Shown: piece after piece, positions 21,213 through 31,362 of the stretch
How positions within the stretch are numbered: the first letter of the stretch is position 1
How the letters are laid out: each line of letters opens with the position of its first letter
Source: Patescibacteria group bacterium
GTDB lineage: Bacteria > Patescibacteriota > Microgenomatia > UBA8517
Assembly: GCA_038061225.1 (NCBI GenBank)
Contig: JBBTZT010000005.1
Span: 19,646-83,645, forward strand
Direction: 5' to 3'
Length of the DNA stretch: 64,000 nucleotides
Notes under the pieces: model-generated
Databases searched by the model: none
The model's input: the letters and a program-made list of their open reading frames with translations, nothing else
Told to the model about the DNA's origin: nothing
Translations under genes and position numbers: made by a program

Positions 21213-21953
21213 ATGGAAAGAAGAGTTGAATTCGTGGGATCAATTATTATCTTTTTTGTACTTCTTTTTATCTACTCAAAATTTGGGCCAAGTCTTCCAA
21301 TTTCTGTTTTGACACAAACCAAGGGTGAGCCAATGATGGTAACTGAAACAGGAAAAGCAGCAATTGTGCCTGATATTGCAAAAGTGAGCCTAGGAATTGA
21401 AGCACAAGGTCCAGTGCTCAAGTTAGTACAAGATGATGTTAACAAAAAATCAAAAGGTTTAACTTCTGAACTTAAAAAATTAGGAATTGACGAAAAAGAT
21501 ATAAAGACAACAAATTATAGTGTGAATCCTGAATATAATTACGATTCAATTCCATATAGAATTAATGGCTACAGAGTTTCGACAAACTACGAGGTTGAAA
21601 TCGTTGATTTTAACATTGTCAATGAAGTTTTGACAATTGCTACAGAATTAGGAGCTAATGTAATTGGAAATATATCTTTTGAGGTTAATGAAAAAACTAA
21701 ACAAGAATTAACTCAAAAAGCTCGTGAAGAAGCAGTTAGTTTAGCAAAAAGTAAGGCTGAGAGTCTTGCCAAAGCTTCAGGAATAACGCTTGGAAAAATA
21801 ATTAATGTAACAGAGTCACAAGATGTCGATTATCCAAGACCTGTTGCCATGATGACTAAAGATTCATCTATAGGTATTTCTGAAATTGCAAATATTCAAG
21901 CTGGCGAAACAGAAATATCAGTTACAGTTACACTTTCGTACGAAATAAGATAA
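21213..21953 (+). CDS. SIMPL-domain (DUF541) secreted/periplasmic protein
   Basis: It has an N-terminal TM/signal segment and the SIMPL signature TGKAAIVPDIAKVSLGIE. Confidence 0.6.
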   Translation: MERRVEFVGSIIIFFVLLFIYSKFGPSLPISVLTQTKGEPMMVTETGKAAIVPDIAKVSLGIEAQGPVLKLVQDDVNKKSKGLTSELKKLGIDEKDIKTTNYSVNPEYNYDSIPYRINGYRVSTNYEVEIVDFNIVNEVLTIATELGANVIGNISFEVNEKTKQELTQKAREEAVSLAKSKAESLAKASGITLGKIINVTESQDVDYPRPVAMMTKDSSIGISEIANIQAGETEISVTVTLSYEIR

Positions 21954-21956
21954 AGG

Positions 21957-22457
21957 ATGAAAAACAATATCGAAAATACAGAAGCATTTCAAATTGCAAA
22001 TGAACGAGTAAAAGCAGAGAAACAAAGACAGTATGATACGCTTCATAATGAGCCCCCACAAGATTTTCGAGGAGAACGAGCTGGTGAAGCATTTAATCTT
22101 GGCTTTCCATCAACCCAAGCAATGGATGAGGAAATTTCTAAACATCCAAAAGTGTTTATGGAAATAAGCACGCTTGCAACTAAAAAGATAATAGGCTACG
22201 AAGAAGCCGAGAAGGAATTAAGGAAAGTTAAGGATCCAAATCTAATACTTAAAGTTAAAAAGTATCAAAATTTAAAAGCCATAAGTAAAACATACAAAAA
22301 GGAACCAGGTCCACCAGGAATATATAATAATAAACATAAATCTAGACCAAAAACAAAAAATCAAGTTATTCAAATATACGAACGATGGAAAACACAAAAA
22401 GCGCTAAACGCAGAAAAACCTACTCCACTTGATGAATACCCAGAATTCACTTGGTAA
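21957..22457 (+). CDS. Hypothetical protein (166 aa)
   Basis: ORF only and basic/Lys-rich. Confidence 0.3.
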   Translation: MKNNIENTEAFQIANERVKAEKQRQYDTLHNEPPQDFRGERAGEAFNLGFPSTQAMDEEISKHPKVFMEISTLATKKIIGYEEAEKELRKVKDPNLILKVKKYQNLKAISKTYKKEPGPPGIYNNKHKSRPKTKNQVIQIYERWKTQKALNAEKPTPLDEYPEFTW

Positions 22458-22467
22458 TATTTTAAAA

Positions 22468-23199
22468 CTACATACTATTTTTAATATATTCCTTAATATT
22501 TTGTCCTTCTTTTGGAACCAATATATAAGCACCCGCAGAACTTTTACCCTGAGTTAATACATTCTGATCGGATACTCCCAAATATGAGATGGCATAATCC
22601 AATGGATTTCCAATATCAGTTAATATTTCATTTACTTTATTTAAATCCAAATCCGTATTAACAAAGCTAAATACACTAGATGTATCTTTAATATTTGCTT
22701 TTTGTAAAATTGCTTTTAATACTTCAAACTGGCGCATACTTCTTCCAAAATCTCCATCACCATGCCTACTTCTAACATATTTTAAAGATTCTTCACCATT
22801 CATCTGAGTTAATCCCACACTATATGAGATGGTTTCATATCTACAAGTAAATTGTTTTTCAAGTTCAAAACCTGAATATTTTACATGTAAACTGACAACT
22901 TCATCAGCCGACTTTCCACAAAGTTCATTTTCAAGTCCACGAACTGGATAGAAATTATCTATATATTCTTTTCCAACATCTACTGCAATCCCTTCCATTG
23001 AATCAATCATTTTAACAAAAGAATTAAAATCAACAGATATAGAGTGAGAGATAGGCAAACCAGTAACCCCTGTTAGCGCATCTTTTAATGATGGATCAGC
23101 GTTTATTTTATGTCCTGAAAACCAAAAATCACGAGGGAAAGAAATTATATTTGCTTTCTTGTCAGTTACATTAACATGAACAATAATTATAGCGTCCAT
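22468..23199 (-). CDS. LytR-CpsA-Psr (LCP) family domain protein, apparently 5'-truncated
   Basis: The first ATG gives MDAIIIVHV. The LCP-like sequence (NILLTGYGGSGHSGGGL) continues upstream in frame with no ATG/GTG/TTG until an in-frame TAG. No TM anchor is encoded. Confidence 0.55.
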   Translation of the reverse strand: MDAIIIVHVNVTDKKANIISFPRDFWFSGHKINADPSLKDALTGVTGLPISHSISVDFNSFVKMIDSMEGIAVDVGKEYIDNFYPVRGLENELCGKSADEVVSLHVKYSGFELEKQFTCRYETISYSVGLTQMNGEESLKYVRSRHGDGDFGRSMRQFEVLKAILQKANIKDTSSVFSFVNTDLDLNKVNEILTDIGNPLDYAISYLGVSDQNVLTQGKSSAGAYILVPKEGQNIKEYIKNSM

Positions 23200-23318
23200 T
23201 AGTCCTCCTCCAGAATGACCAGACCCACCATAACCTGTTAGTAATATATTAAAAGTTTTTGCACCTTTAGTGGTTTCTCTTTCTTCTTCAACAAATATAT
23301 GCTATTTTATTATTCATC

Positions 23319-24275
23319 TTATTTTCCTCTTCCATGAAAGATTTCGTGTATATCATGGAGTTGCTTGTTTGTAACATGGGTATAAATTTGTGTAGTTGAT
23401 ATATTCTTATGCCCCAACATCTCTTGAATACTTCTTAAATCAGCACCTGCATTAAGCAAATCTGAGGCGAAACTGTGACGGATTGTGTGAGGAGTAGCTT
23501 CAATTGGAAGTTTGACTTTCCTAACATATTTTTTTAATAATCTTTCTATCGATCGGGGAGTGAGACGCATTTTTTCATCCTCCACCGTTGGATCAATTTT
23601 ACCTTTGTGACGTATAAAGAGTGGTTTAAAATGATCTTTTCTTTCATTTAGATATCTTTTCAAATAATCAGATGACCTAGAGGATAGAAAAACCACTCTT
23701 GCTCTTCCACCTTTACCTGTTATACCAAATTCTCGTCTATCAAAATCAATTTTTTCAATATTAAGGCTTGTCAGCTCAGATACACGAAGACCTGTGGAAA
23801 ACAAAACTTCTAAGATTGCTTTATCACGAAGACTCATGAGTCTGAGTGACAAGCTTTGCTTATCACTACCTATTGTTGGAGCATTCAATAGTCTATCTAC
23901 TTGTTCACCATTTAAAAACTTGATTTGTCTGTCAGGAATTTTGGGTAGTTCAATTTTATCAGGTGCCATAACTTGATAATCATTTCTAATTAACCATTTT
24001 AAAAAAGATCGTAGCGCAATTGCGTGATATCCTTGAGTTTTTTTGGAAAGTCCAAGTTTAGCTAGATATGCCCTAAAGTCATGAACAATATCTTGGTTTA
24101 TAGACTTTATATCTGTGTGTTTGTGATTTGTAATTAACCACTCAAGAAGTCGATTTAAGTAATGTCTATAATTTCGAATTGTAAGAGGGGAGCATCCTTT
24201 TTCAACAGACAAATAATCTAAAAATTCATCAGTTTTTTTTGATATATCACTATTTTTTCCTTGAGCAGAATTCAT
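23319..24275 (-). CDS. xerC: Tyrosine recombinase XerC/XerD family
   Basis: 318 aa with an N-terminal core-binding domain and the C-terminal catalytic motif RHSFASDLLNAGADLRSIQEMLGHKNISTTQIYTH. Confidence 0.85.
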   Translation of the reverse strand: MNSAQGKNSDISKKTDEFLDYLSVEKGCSPLTIRNYRHYLNRLLEWLITNHKHTDIKSINQDIVHDFRAYLAKLGLSKKTQGYHAIALRSFLKWLIRNDYQVMAPDKIELPKIPDRQIKFLNGEQVDRLLNAPTIGSDKQSLSLRLMSLRDKAILEVLFSTGLRVSELTSLNIEKIDFDRREFGITGKGGRARVVFLSSRSSDYLKRYLNERKDHFKPLFIRHKGKIDPTVEDEKMRLTPRSIERLLKKYVRKVKLPIEATPHTIRHSFASDLLNAGADLRSIQEMLGHKNISTTQIYTHVTNKQLHDIHEIFHGRGK

Positions 24276-24366
24276 CTATAAAAATATTATAACTATCTAG
24301 GGAGTGTGTCAATAACATTGTGCGACACTATAAATTATAATAATTTTCACGCATGAAAACGAAGTA

Positions 24367-24394
24367 GGGGAGGAGTCCCCTCGCGAAGCGAGGG
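24367..24394. other. GC-rich double hairpin in an AT-rich noncoding tract
   Basis: GGGGAGgaGTCCCC overlaps the perfect 7-bp stem CCCTCGC-gaa-GCGAGGG. Confidence 0.4.
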
Positions 24395-24401
24395 AAATTT
24401 C

Positions 24402-24428
24402 TAATTGACCTAATTGACCTAATTTCTA
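24402..24428. repeat. 9-nt tandem repeat (taattgacc x2.5), intergenic
   Basis: The sequence reads taattgacc taattgacc taatttcta. Confidence 0.5.
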
Positions 24429-25115
24429 AACAAATTAAAATTAACAACAAATTTCTATAAATTATAATATTGTTTAAAAAATTGAAAATTTTAATTAATT
24501 ACATGTTATATAAAGGACATTAGAGGAATTTAAAGGTTTTAAATAACTGTAAATTTGGCCTTGAATACGACCTTCTGTAATCGATTTTAAGGCCTATCTA
24601 AATCAAAAAACGACTAGTACATCATTTAAATATATTGTCGTATTTTCGGATCAACATGGCACTTCTCTGATTTTTAAAATTTAGGGGAGTCAAATAAGTA
24701 ACTAGAAGCTAGAAACTTGATATTAGATATACGGTAATAACAACACAAAAACAGTGAGTAAAACTCTAATGCAATAACATAAAAAATAGTTATTGATTCT
24801 TAATTTTAAATTATTAATTGCTTATGTACACTACTCTCTGCATTATATTCAACGTCGTAAAAGTATTATTGTACGACATAGTATTTTAATAGACATATAC
24901 TTAGGGTGTTGGATGAACAATTTGATAGCCTAAATAAGAAGGGCTTATGTTATAAATAAATTAGTTTGTTATCAGTTAGAGAGTCTACTCCTCCAAAGGA
25001 ATGAAAAATATAGTTATCCACATATGTATCAAACTATATCATTTCGTGAAAACTCTTCCCTGCCCTGTGAAAACACACTCAATAATTATAGGGTATTTGA
25101 AGCCTTACTCCCCTT

Positions 25116-25880
25116 TTACCATCTGGTGGCAAAAAACATACCAATAAGTATAACTAAACCTACTGTTAAGTATTCTCTAACTACAGCTGGAAATAATCTA
25201 TCTTCAATTTTGGCTTGTCCTAGACCTAAAAGAAGGTATACCCCACTGGTTAAAAAAAGTGAGCCTACAACGACTGTTACCGGCCAGAAAAATATAAGAG
25301 TTGATAATTCAGCTACTATCAAGGCAGAAATAAGTGCCATTTGAAAAATTTTCATATTAAATTCTTTTTCAAGTTCTATTGACCACATACCTTGCCAAAA
25401 AAGCAAAAGGGAAGAAATAAAAACTAAAAATGAAGAATATAAAAAATTTAGTCTTATAGACAAGATGGCATCAAAGAGTAAAAATGAAGTTAAAAGAGTT
25501 AAAACAAAACCAACACCATGAGCTGCCCTTAGGAGTGCAATTGTTTTTTGTGAGGAAACTGTATAAATATTCATAGTTGAAGAAAGTATATATATCCCAA
25601 AACCATAAAAGATGACAATAGGGATACGTGTATAAATATTAACTGGTAGTAAAAACCAAAAAATACCAACCCCAAGAGTAAAAAGCATTGGTAAAAATAA
25701 TGATAAAAGAGTCATATTTTTAGCCAAACCTTCATAAAATGACCAAAAAGAAAAAATACCAGTTAAAAAAACTAAGATAGCAATTGCTAAAAATTTAGTT
25801 GAATCATCAATAAATTGAATCCAAATAAATCCTGCCGATAGAAAAAATGATGAAATTATAAATCTCAATCTTTTAGACAT
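25116..25880 (-). CDS. Polytopic membrane protein, unknown function
   Basis: 254 aa with ~8 hydrophobic helices. Confidence 0.4.
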   Translation of the reverse strand: MSKRLRFIISSFFLSAGFIWIQFIDDSTKFLAIAILVFLTGIFSFWSFYEGLAKNMTLLSLFLPMLFTLGVGIFWFLLPVNIYTRIPIVIFYGFGIYILSSTMNIYTVSSQKTIALLRAAHGVGFVLTLLTSFLLFDAILSIRLNFLYSSFLVFISSLLLFWQGMWSIELEKEFNMKIFQMALISALIVAELSTLIFFWPVTVVVGSLFLTSGVYLLLGLGQAKIEDRLFPAVVREYLTVGLVILIGMFFATRW

Positions 25881-25898
25881 GTTATGAAAAATAAAATT

Positions 25899-26609
25899 TT
25901 AAAAATTATGATATACCTTTTGGACGTCATCATGATTTTCAAAATTATCAATAAAATTAGTTAATTTTTCAATTTGGTCGTCATCAATAATATCTAAGTA
26001 AATTTTAGGTACCATAGTAAGCTCTCTTTTTAAAACCTTATAACCTATACTTTCCAGTTTGTCGCTTATTTCTTTTAGCTTATCTGGTAATGTGTAAACC
26101 ACAAGCCCTTCTTCACTGTCTTTAATATCCTCTATTCCTAAATCAATAATTGTTAAGGTCTGTGAATCAGAATTATCTGTTTTTTCAATTAATAAAAATC
26201 CTTTGTGTTCAAAATTATGTAAAACTGAATTTGGTCCACCCATTGCTCCCCCATTCTTTTCAAATAAAGTTTTAATTTCCTGAGCCGTTCTATTTTTATT
26301 ATCTGTTGCCGTTTCAACGACTACAGCCATTCCAAAAGGTCCAAATCCCTCATATGTAATTCCCTCAATACTTTCCATTTTGTCTTCGGCTGATTTTAGA
26401 ATTCTATTTATATTTTCCTTTGGCATGTTAAATTCTCTAGCTTTATCAATTGCTACGCGAAGTTTGAAATTCATATCAGGATTGGTGCTTCCCCCTGACT
26501 TTATAGCAATAGAAATAGTTTTTGAGAGTTTGCCAAAAATATTACCTTTAGCTGTATCTTTTAATCCTTTTTGTCTTTTAATTGTTGCAAAATGTGAATG
26601 ACCTGACAT
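25899..26609 (-). CDS. yebC: YebC/PmpR family DNA-binding transcriptional regulator
   Basis: It has MSGHSHFATIKRQKGLKDTAKGNIFGKL, the typical YebC N-terminus. Confidence 0.8.
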   Translation of the reverse strand: MSGHSHFATIKRQKGLKDTAKGNIFGKLSKTISIAIKSGGSTNPDMNFKLRVAIDKAREFNMPKENINRILKSAEDKMESIEGITYEGFGPFGMAVVVETATDNKNRTAQEIKTLFEKNGGAMGGPNSVLHNFEHKGFLLIEKTDNSDSQTLTIIDLGIEDIKDSEEGLVVYTLPDKLKEISDKLESIGYKVLKRELTMVPKIYLDIIDDDQIEKLTNFIDNFENHDDVQKVYHNF

Positions 26610-26630
26610 ACTATATTACAATATTATATC

Positions 26631-27290
26631 ATGATATCTGTTGATACAACCATGGATGAAAATCTAGCCCAAACCGCAATTAAAAAAGCTTTAAAATGTG
26701 ACTGGGATGAAGCTATTAAGATAAATAAATTGTTGTTATCAGAGGATAAAAACGATACTGAAGCATTAAATCGTTTAGCTAGGGCTTACTACGAATCAGG
26801 TAATATAACTTTGGCTAAAAAAGCTTCGCTCAAAGTATTAAAGATTGAATCCACAAACAAAATTGCACAAAAGGCTGTAGAGAAATATAAGCAAAGCTTG
26901 CCACTTCGTGGTAAAAAAACAAATAGTATAGTTACTTCTGATTTTATTGAAGAGATAGGAACAACAAAACAAGTTCAACTGCTTAATTTATGCTCTGAAA
27001 ACATTATTTCAACGCTTGACTCAGGAGATGAAATCTTTTTATCAACACATTCTCACAGGGTGACAGTCATTACACATGACAAAAAATACATTGGTAAATT
27101 ACCTGATGATTTATCTGCAAGACTCAGGTTTCTAACTAAGGAAGGGTATGAATATAAAGTAGTAATAAAATCTGCAAATAAAGAAAGTATCAAAATAATT
27201 ATTAAGGAAACTAAAAAAGGCAAGGGCTGTGAAAAAGTAAACTCATTTCCGGTAGAAATCTCAGAATCTATCAGCGAATTTGCCTCCTAA
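26631..27290 (+). CDS. Hypothetical protein, TPR-like N-terminal region
   Basis: The ORF has a TPR-like helical repeat. Confidence 0.3.
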   Translation: MISVDTTMDENLAQTAIKKALKCDWDEAIKINKLLLSEDKNDTEALNRLARAYYESGNITLAKKASLKVLKIESTNKIAQKAVEKYKQSLPLRGKKTNSIVTSDFIEEIGTTKQVQLLNLCSENIISTLDSGDEIFLSTHSHRVTVITHDKKYIGKLPDDLSARLRFLTKEGYEYKVVIKSANKESIKIIIKETKKGKGCEKVNSFPVEISESISEFAS

Positions 27291-28028
27291 TTTTATTTTG
27301 ATATCTGATGTGGTTACATCTTCTTTACTTATTTTACAACCAAAAATATTGGCTATAATTTTTACAGCTTTTGTATTGCTTCCATAGATTTGACAATCAA
27401 AATCTTCTTCATAACCCTTAGTATAAGTTGATATTTTAGTTCCTAAATTTCCAAGAATTGATGAAACATTTTTAACAACATTTTGATCACCTGTTAAATC
27501 GTTAAGTTCAACAGATAAACCTGCTTCTTGTATGTCATTATTAATAAAATCAATTAATATTGAGCTCGGTAAATCAAAGGATACAAATTCAAGATCATTG
27601 TTATCGTTTTGGTACTTATTAAAAAATACTTTTATTCTTTGAAAAATATTCAAATTAGTTTTTACTCCATCTTTCCATAAATAAAGCGGTATAGAATAAT
27701 TACTCGATATCGATTCAGAAACTAACTTACCTTCAAAATTTTCCTTTTTGCCTAATATCCAAAGACTTTCTATTTTATATTCTCCCAAACCTCTTGAACT
27801 TTTTAATAATGTTCCTGCTGGTATTTTATATATTATGTTTTTATCTTTTTTGGAATCAACTACAATAATTTTTGTTAAGTTATCACTTGTTTTAGTAACG
27901 TAAATAAATTTATCTAGAGTCGAAATTTTAAAAAAAATAATTGCTAAAAAGATAAATAACAAAAAAATAAATATGCTAAAAAAAATCTTATTATTCCTTA
28001 ATTTCTTAATTTTATTATATCTTCGCAT
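27261..28028 (-). CDS. Membrane-anchored protein, possible LytR_C-like C-terminal domain
   Basis: It has an N-terminal TM. The C-terminal LSVELNDLTGDQNVVKNVSSILGNLG resembles the LytR C-terminal domain. This is a weak call. Confidence 0.3.
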   Translation of the reverse strand: MRRYNKIKKLRNNKIFFSIFIFLLFIFLAIIFFKISTLDKFIYVTKTSDNLTKIIVVDSKKDKNIIYKIPAGTLLKSSRGLGEYKIESLWILGKKENFEGKLVSESISSNYSIPLYLWKDGVKTNLNIFQRIKVFFNKYQNDNNDLEFVSFDLPSSILIDFINNDIQEAGLSVELNDLTGDQNVVKNVSSILGNLGTKISTYTKGYEEDFDCQIYGSNTKAVKIIANIFGCKISKEDVTTSDIKIKLGGKFADRF

Positions 28029-29688
28029 GTGATAATCGTAAACTTTTAATCGACTTGTTTATTTCATCTTTACTTTTACCCATTGATACTAATATATTTC
28101 TAATTATTGAGGTGGCTGCTTCAAATTCAGGTTGGACTAGTTTATGAACTCTTAAGCTTTTTAGCTTTTCATAATCCTCATCCAAATGAACTCGTGAGAT
28201 GATTCTAACTTCTGGAGCTATAGTTTGAACATGAGCTATAACTGATTCTTGAGAAAGCCTGTCAGGAATTGCAATTACAACAGCTTTAGCTGTAAGTAAA
28301 CTTGCCATTAATAAAACTTCTTTTTCAATTGGATCACCATGTATTGCAACAATACCTTTGTTAGTACAATCAAAAATAATTTTTGGGTCAAGATCTACAA
28401 CTACAAAATTAATTCCATGATCAGTCAGTGCTCTTCCTACCCAGCCCCCTACTCTACCAAAACCACAAATAATTATGTGATTTGATAAATTTGACACTGA
28501 AAGTGTATTTCTTTCAAGCGATGAAAACCCTTTAATTTTAGTACTTAAAAATCTCCACAATGGCATCGCTAATCTATAGACAAAAGGAGTTGCAATTAAT
28601 GTTACAAGACTTACTGCGATTCCCAAAGATGCAGTATTTTCTGGAATAATTTTTAAAATACTAGCACTGCCAAATATGATAAAGGCAAACTCTCCAACCT
28701 GAGACAAGCCAAGGGCTGTAATAATCATGGTTTTACCATTGTATTTTGCAAAATAATTAATAACTAAAATTACTAAAAACTTAATTACTAAAACTAAAAC
28801 TGAAAGCAATATTATAAGGCCAAAATTTTGATAAATTGTTGTGAAACTCACAAAAAATCCTAAAGTCACAAAAAAAAGTGCTACAAACAAATCACGTAAG
28901 GGACGTGTTTCTGCAAAGACTGCATGATTCTCTTGAGATTCAGAAATAACAAATCCTGCAACAAAAGCTCCAAGTGTTGCTGAAATGCCAAATAAAGAAA
29001 CAAAAACAGCAGTTCCAACTGCAAGAGCTATAGATGTTAAAACTAAAAGTTCTCTTGAGTTAACACTTGCAACCTTATGAATTATAAATGGAACTATGTG
29101 TTTACCTAACATAATAGAGGCAAAAATTAAAAATACCGCTTTAACAATAGCAACGCTACCTCCAACTAATGCTCCACTAAAACCGTTTACTAAAATAGGA
29201 AGAATTATCATCATTGGAATTACAGCTAAGTCTTGAACTAAAAGCCAACCGATCATTAATTTTCCGTGGATTGTTTCTGACTCTCCCCTATCAATTAATG
29301 TTTTAACCACAACTGCAGTCGATGAGAGAGAAAAACCAAGAGATAATACAAGAGAAGAGAGGTTGTCAAAGCCTAAAAGTTTTAAAATAAAATAAAATAA
29401 AGCTGTAACAATCACCATTTGCAAAGTTGCAGACATCAAAATTTTTTTAAAGCTTCCCGCAAATTTAGAAATAGATAATTCTAATCCAATTGAAAAAAGC
29501 AGTAAAATTGCTCCAAGTTCAGCTAATTTTTCAATTCCTAAGCCATCAACGGGAAAAATTGAAGCTGTTGTAACTCCAGCTATTATATAACCAATAATAG
29601 GTTGTAATTTTAAAAGCTTGGCTAGATATCCTCCAATTAAAGCAGAAGTTAAACAAATAAATAATCCTAGTGTGAAAGAAATCTCCAT
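28015..29688 (-). CDS. Kef-type monovalent cation:proton antiporter (CPA2) with TrkA-N domain
   Basis: 557 aa with ~12 TM segments plus the Rossmann motif IIICGFGRVGGWVGRAL. Confidence 0.75.
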   Translation of the reverse strand: MEISFTLGLFICLTSALIGGYLAKLLKLQPIIGYIIAGVTTASIFPVDGLGIEKLAELGAILLLFSIGLELSISKFAGSFKKILMSATLQMVIVTALFYFILKLLGFDNLSSLVLSLGFSLSSTAVVVKTLIDRGESETIHGKLMIGWLLVQDLAVIPMMIILPILVNGFSGALVGGSVAIVKAVFLIFASIMLGKHIVPFIIHKVASVNSRELLVLTSIALAVGTAVFVSLFGISATLGAFVAGFVISESQENHAVFAETRPLRDLFVALFFVTLGFFVSFTTIYQNFGLIILLSVLVLVIKFLVILVINYFAKYNGKTMIITALGLSQVGEFAFIIFGSASILKIIPENTASLGIAVSLVTLIATPFVYRLAMPLWRFLSTKIKGFSSLERNTLSVSNLSNHIIICGFGRVGGWVGRALTDHGINFVVVDLDPKIIFDCTNKGIVAIHGDPIEKEVLLMASLLTAKAVVIAIPDRLSQESVIAHVQTIAPEVRIISRVHLDEDYEKLKSLRVHKLVQPEFEAATSIIRNILVSMGKSKDEINKSIKSLRLSHAKI

Positions 29689-29701
29689 ACTAGTATTAAT
29701 A

Positions 29702-30412
29702 CTAGGCTAAAACTGTAAGCTGTTCAAGTGATGTACGTAAATCACTAGGTAATTCAGCCTTAAAAATTACTTTTTTCTTTGAAGTGGGGTGAATAAAACT
29801 TATACCTCCAGCGTGTAAAAACAATCTAGAACACCACTTACGATCTTTTCTAGCAGTTTTTCTGCCAGCATAAAATTCATCTGCAACTATTGGATGGCCA
29901 ATATGCTTTAAATGAATTCTTATTTGATGAGTTCTGCCAGTTTTTGGTTTTATTTCTAGCAAAGTAAGTTGCTCGTCACCATAAAGCATATAGCTTAAAA
30001 CTTTATACTCTGTGGTCGCCTCACGTCCATCTGCAAGTACCCCAAATCTATCTCTCCTCCAAGGCAGTCTTCCAACAGGTTCATTTATCTCGCCTTCTGG
30101 CGGATCAACGTTCCCATGAACTAAAGCAATATATGTTTTACTAACTAAACGTTCTTTAAATTGCCTTTGGAGCTCCTCAAATGCTATTCTAGTCTTTGCC
30201 ACAAGAAGTATCCCTGATGTTTCTTTGTCAAGCCGATGAACTATTCCATGTCTTAATTCTTGAAAATTGAAAATTGAAAATTGAAAATTCTCAGCAATCC
30301 AGTTTTCAACCACAGGTTGAATACCGGTAGTCTTTGCTGAGTTAGTTATCCAACCAGAAGGTTTCTCCAACACAAAAAATTCACTATCTTCAAATATCAT
30401 CCTTGGCGTCAT
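29702..30412 (-). CDS. RluA-family pseudouridine synthase
   Basis: It has the HRLDKETSGILLVAKT catalytic motif. Confidence 0.8.
   Translation of the reverse strand: MTPRMIFEDSEFFVLEKPSGWITNSAKTTGIQPVVENWIAENFQFSIFNFQELRHGIVHRLDKETSGILLVAKTRIAFEELQRQFKERLVSKTYIALVHGNVDPPEGEINEPVGRLPWRRDRFGVLADGREATTEYKVLSYMLYGDEQLTLLEIKPKTGRTHQIRIHLKHIGHPIVADEFYAGRKTARKDRKWCSRLFLHAGGISFIHPTSKKKVIFKAELPSDLRTSLEQLTVLA
30260..30289. repeat. 7-nt tandem repeat (tgaaaat x4) in-frame inside rluA-like gene
   Basis: There are four perfect copies at 30261..30288. They encode NFQFSIFNFQ just N-terminal of the HRLD motif. Confidence 0.7.
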
Positions 30413-30777
30413 TTCTCTTTCTTTTTCTCACAAGTGATGCATAATGTGGCTTCGGGGAAAACCGCAAGTCTATCTGTATTAATCATCTTTCCACATTCCT
30501 CACAAATACCATATTTACCAATTTTAACTCTTTTCAATGCCTTTTTAATTTGTTTTGATTTTTGATTTAATTCTTCTTTGATTGCAGATACTCTAGCATG
30601 TCCAAATTGTTCCTCTGCTTCAGTATCAGGAGAAGCATATTTTAGATCTCTTGATTTATCATTAAATGGATCTTCTGAAGAAATATTTTTTCTACTAATT
30701 CTCAATGTTTTTAAACTAGCCATTAAGAAATCTCCAACAGGTTTAAGAAGGTTTTTTGGGAATAAAATTTTAGTCAT
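30409..30777 (-). CDS. DksA/TraR-family C4 zinc-finger protein
   Basis: It has a C-terminal CEECGKMINTDRLAVFPEATLCITCE motif. The start is probably MTKILF (30777), giving an 8-nt overlap with the upstream gene. Confidence 0.6.
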   Translation of the reverse strand: MTKILFPKNLLKPVGDFLMASLKTLRISRKNISSEDPFNDKSRDLKYASPDTEAEEQFGHARVSAIKEELNQKSKQIKKALKRVKIGKYGICEECGKMINTDRLAVFPEATLCITCEKKKEK

Positions 30778-31342
30778 TATTTCTTGACAAATTATACAAC
30801 AATATAATAAGTAGTAAAGCGGCAACAGATGACAAAATTAATTCAACTGTATTATTATAAAAAAGCCCTGCTCTTAATACAAAAAAGATAGCAAGTGTTG
30901 CAATACCTGAAAACCCCACCCTACCTGATTTATACCATGTAAATTTCTTGTATTGTGTATCAAAAAAGAAAAATAAGAAAACAGAAACTGAGACCAACCA
31001 AAAATATAAAAATGAAATTAAATTATAAGTTAGAATAGCATTTGCTAAATAATAAAGTCCCAACCAAGGCAAGAGGCCAATAATTAATCCTTCAAATGAT
31101 TCAATAAATTTAATTTTTTGATTTTTTATGACAAAAGTAAAACCTAAAGCGACACCCACTATCTCTAGCCAAAACCAATAATCACTAAAAAATTTTAAAC
31201 TAGTAAAAAAGCCAAGAGATAATCCAATTAAAATAATTACAGCCAAATTAAATACTTTTTCGTAGTGATAATCATCTTTTAATCTTTTCCATAAAAAAAA
31301 GAAAAATAGAAATACACCTAGTAGATTTGCAATTACCATCAA
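30770..31342 (-). CDS. Membrane protein, unknown function
   Basis: 190 aa with 5-6 TM segments. Confidence 0.35.
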   Translation of the reverse strand: MMVIANLLGVFLFFFFLWKRLKDDYHYEKVFNLAVIILIGLSLGFFTSLKFFSDYWFWLEIVGVALGFTFVIKNQKIKFIESFEGLIIGLLPWLGLYYLANAILTYNLISFLYFWLVSVSVFLFFFFDTQYKKFTWYKSGRVGFSGIATLAIFFVLRAGLFYNNTVELILSSVAALLLIILLYNLSRNND

Positions 31343-31362
31343 TTATATATTATCATATTTAA

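Noticed and set aside
24402-24428. CRISPR array
   Set aside because: Only 2.5 copies of a 9-nt unit are present, with no spacers. No cas genes are in the window, so it is not a CRISPR.
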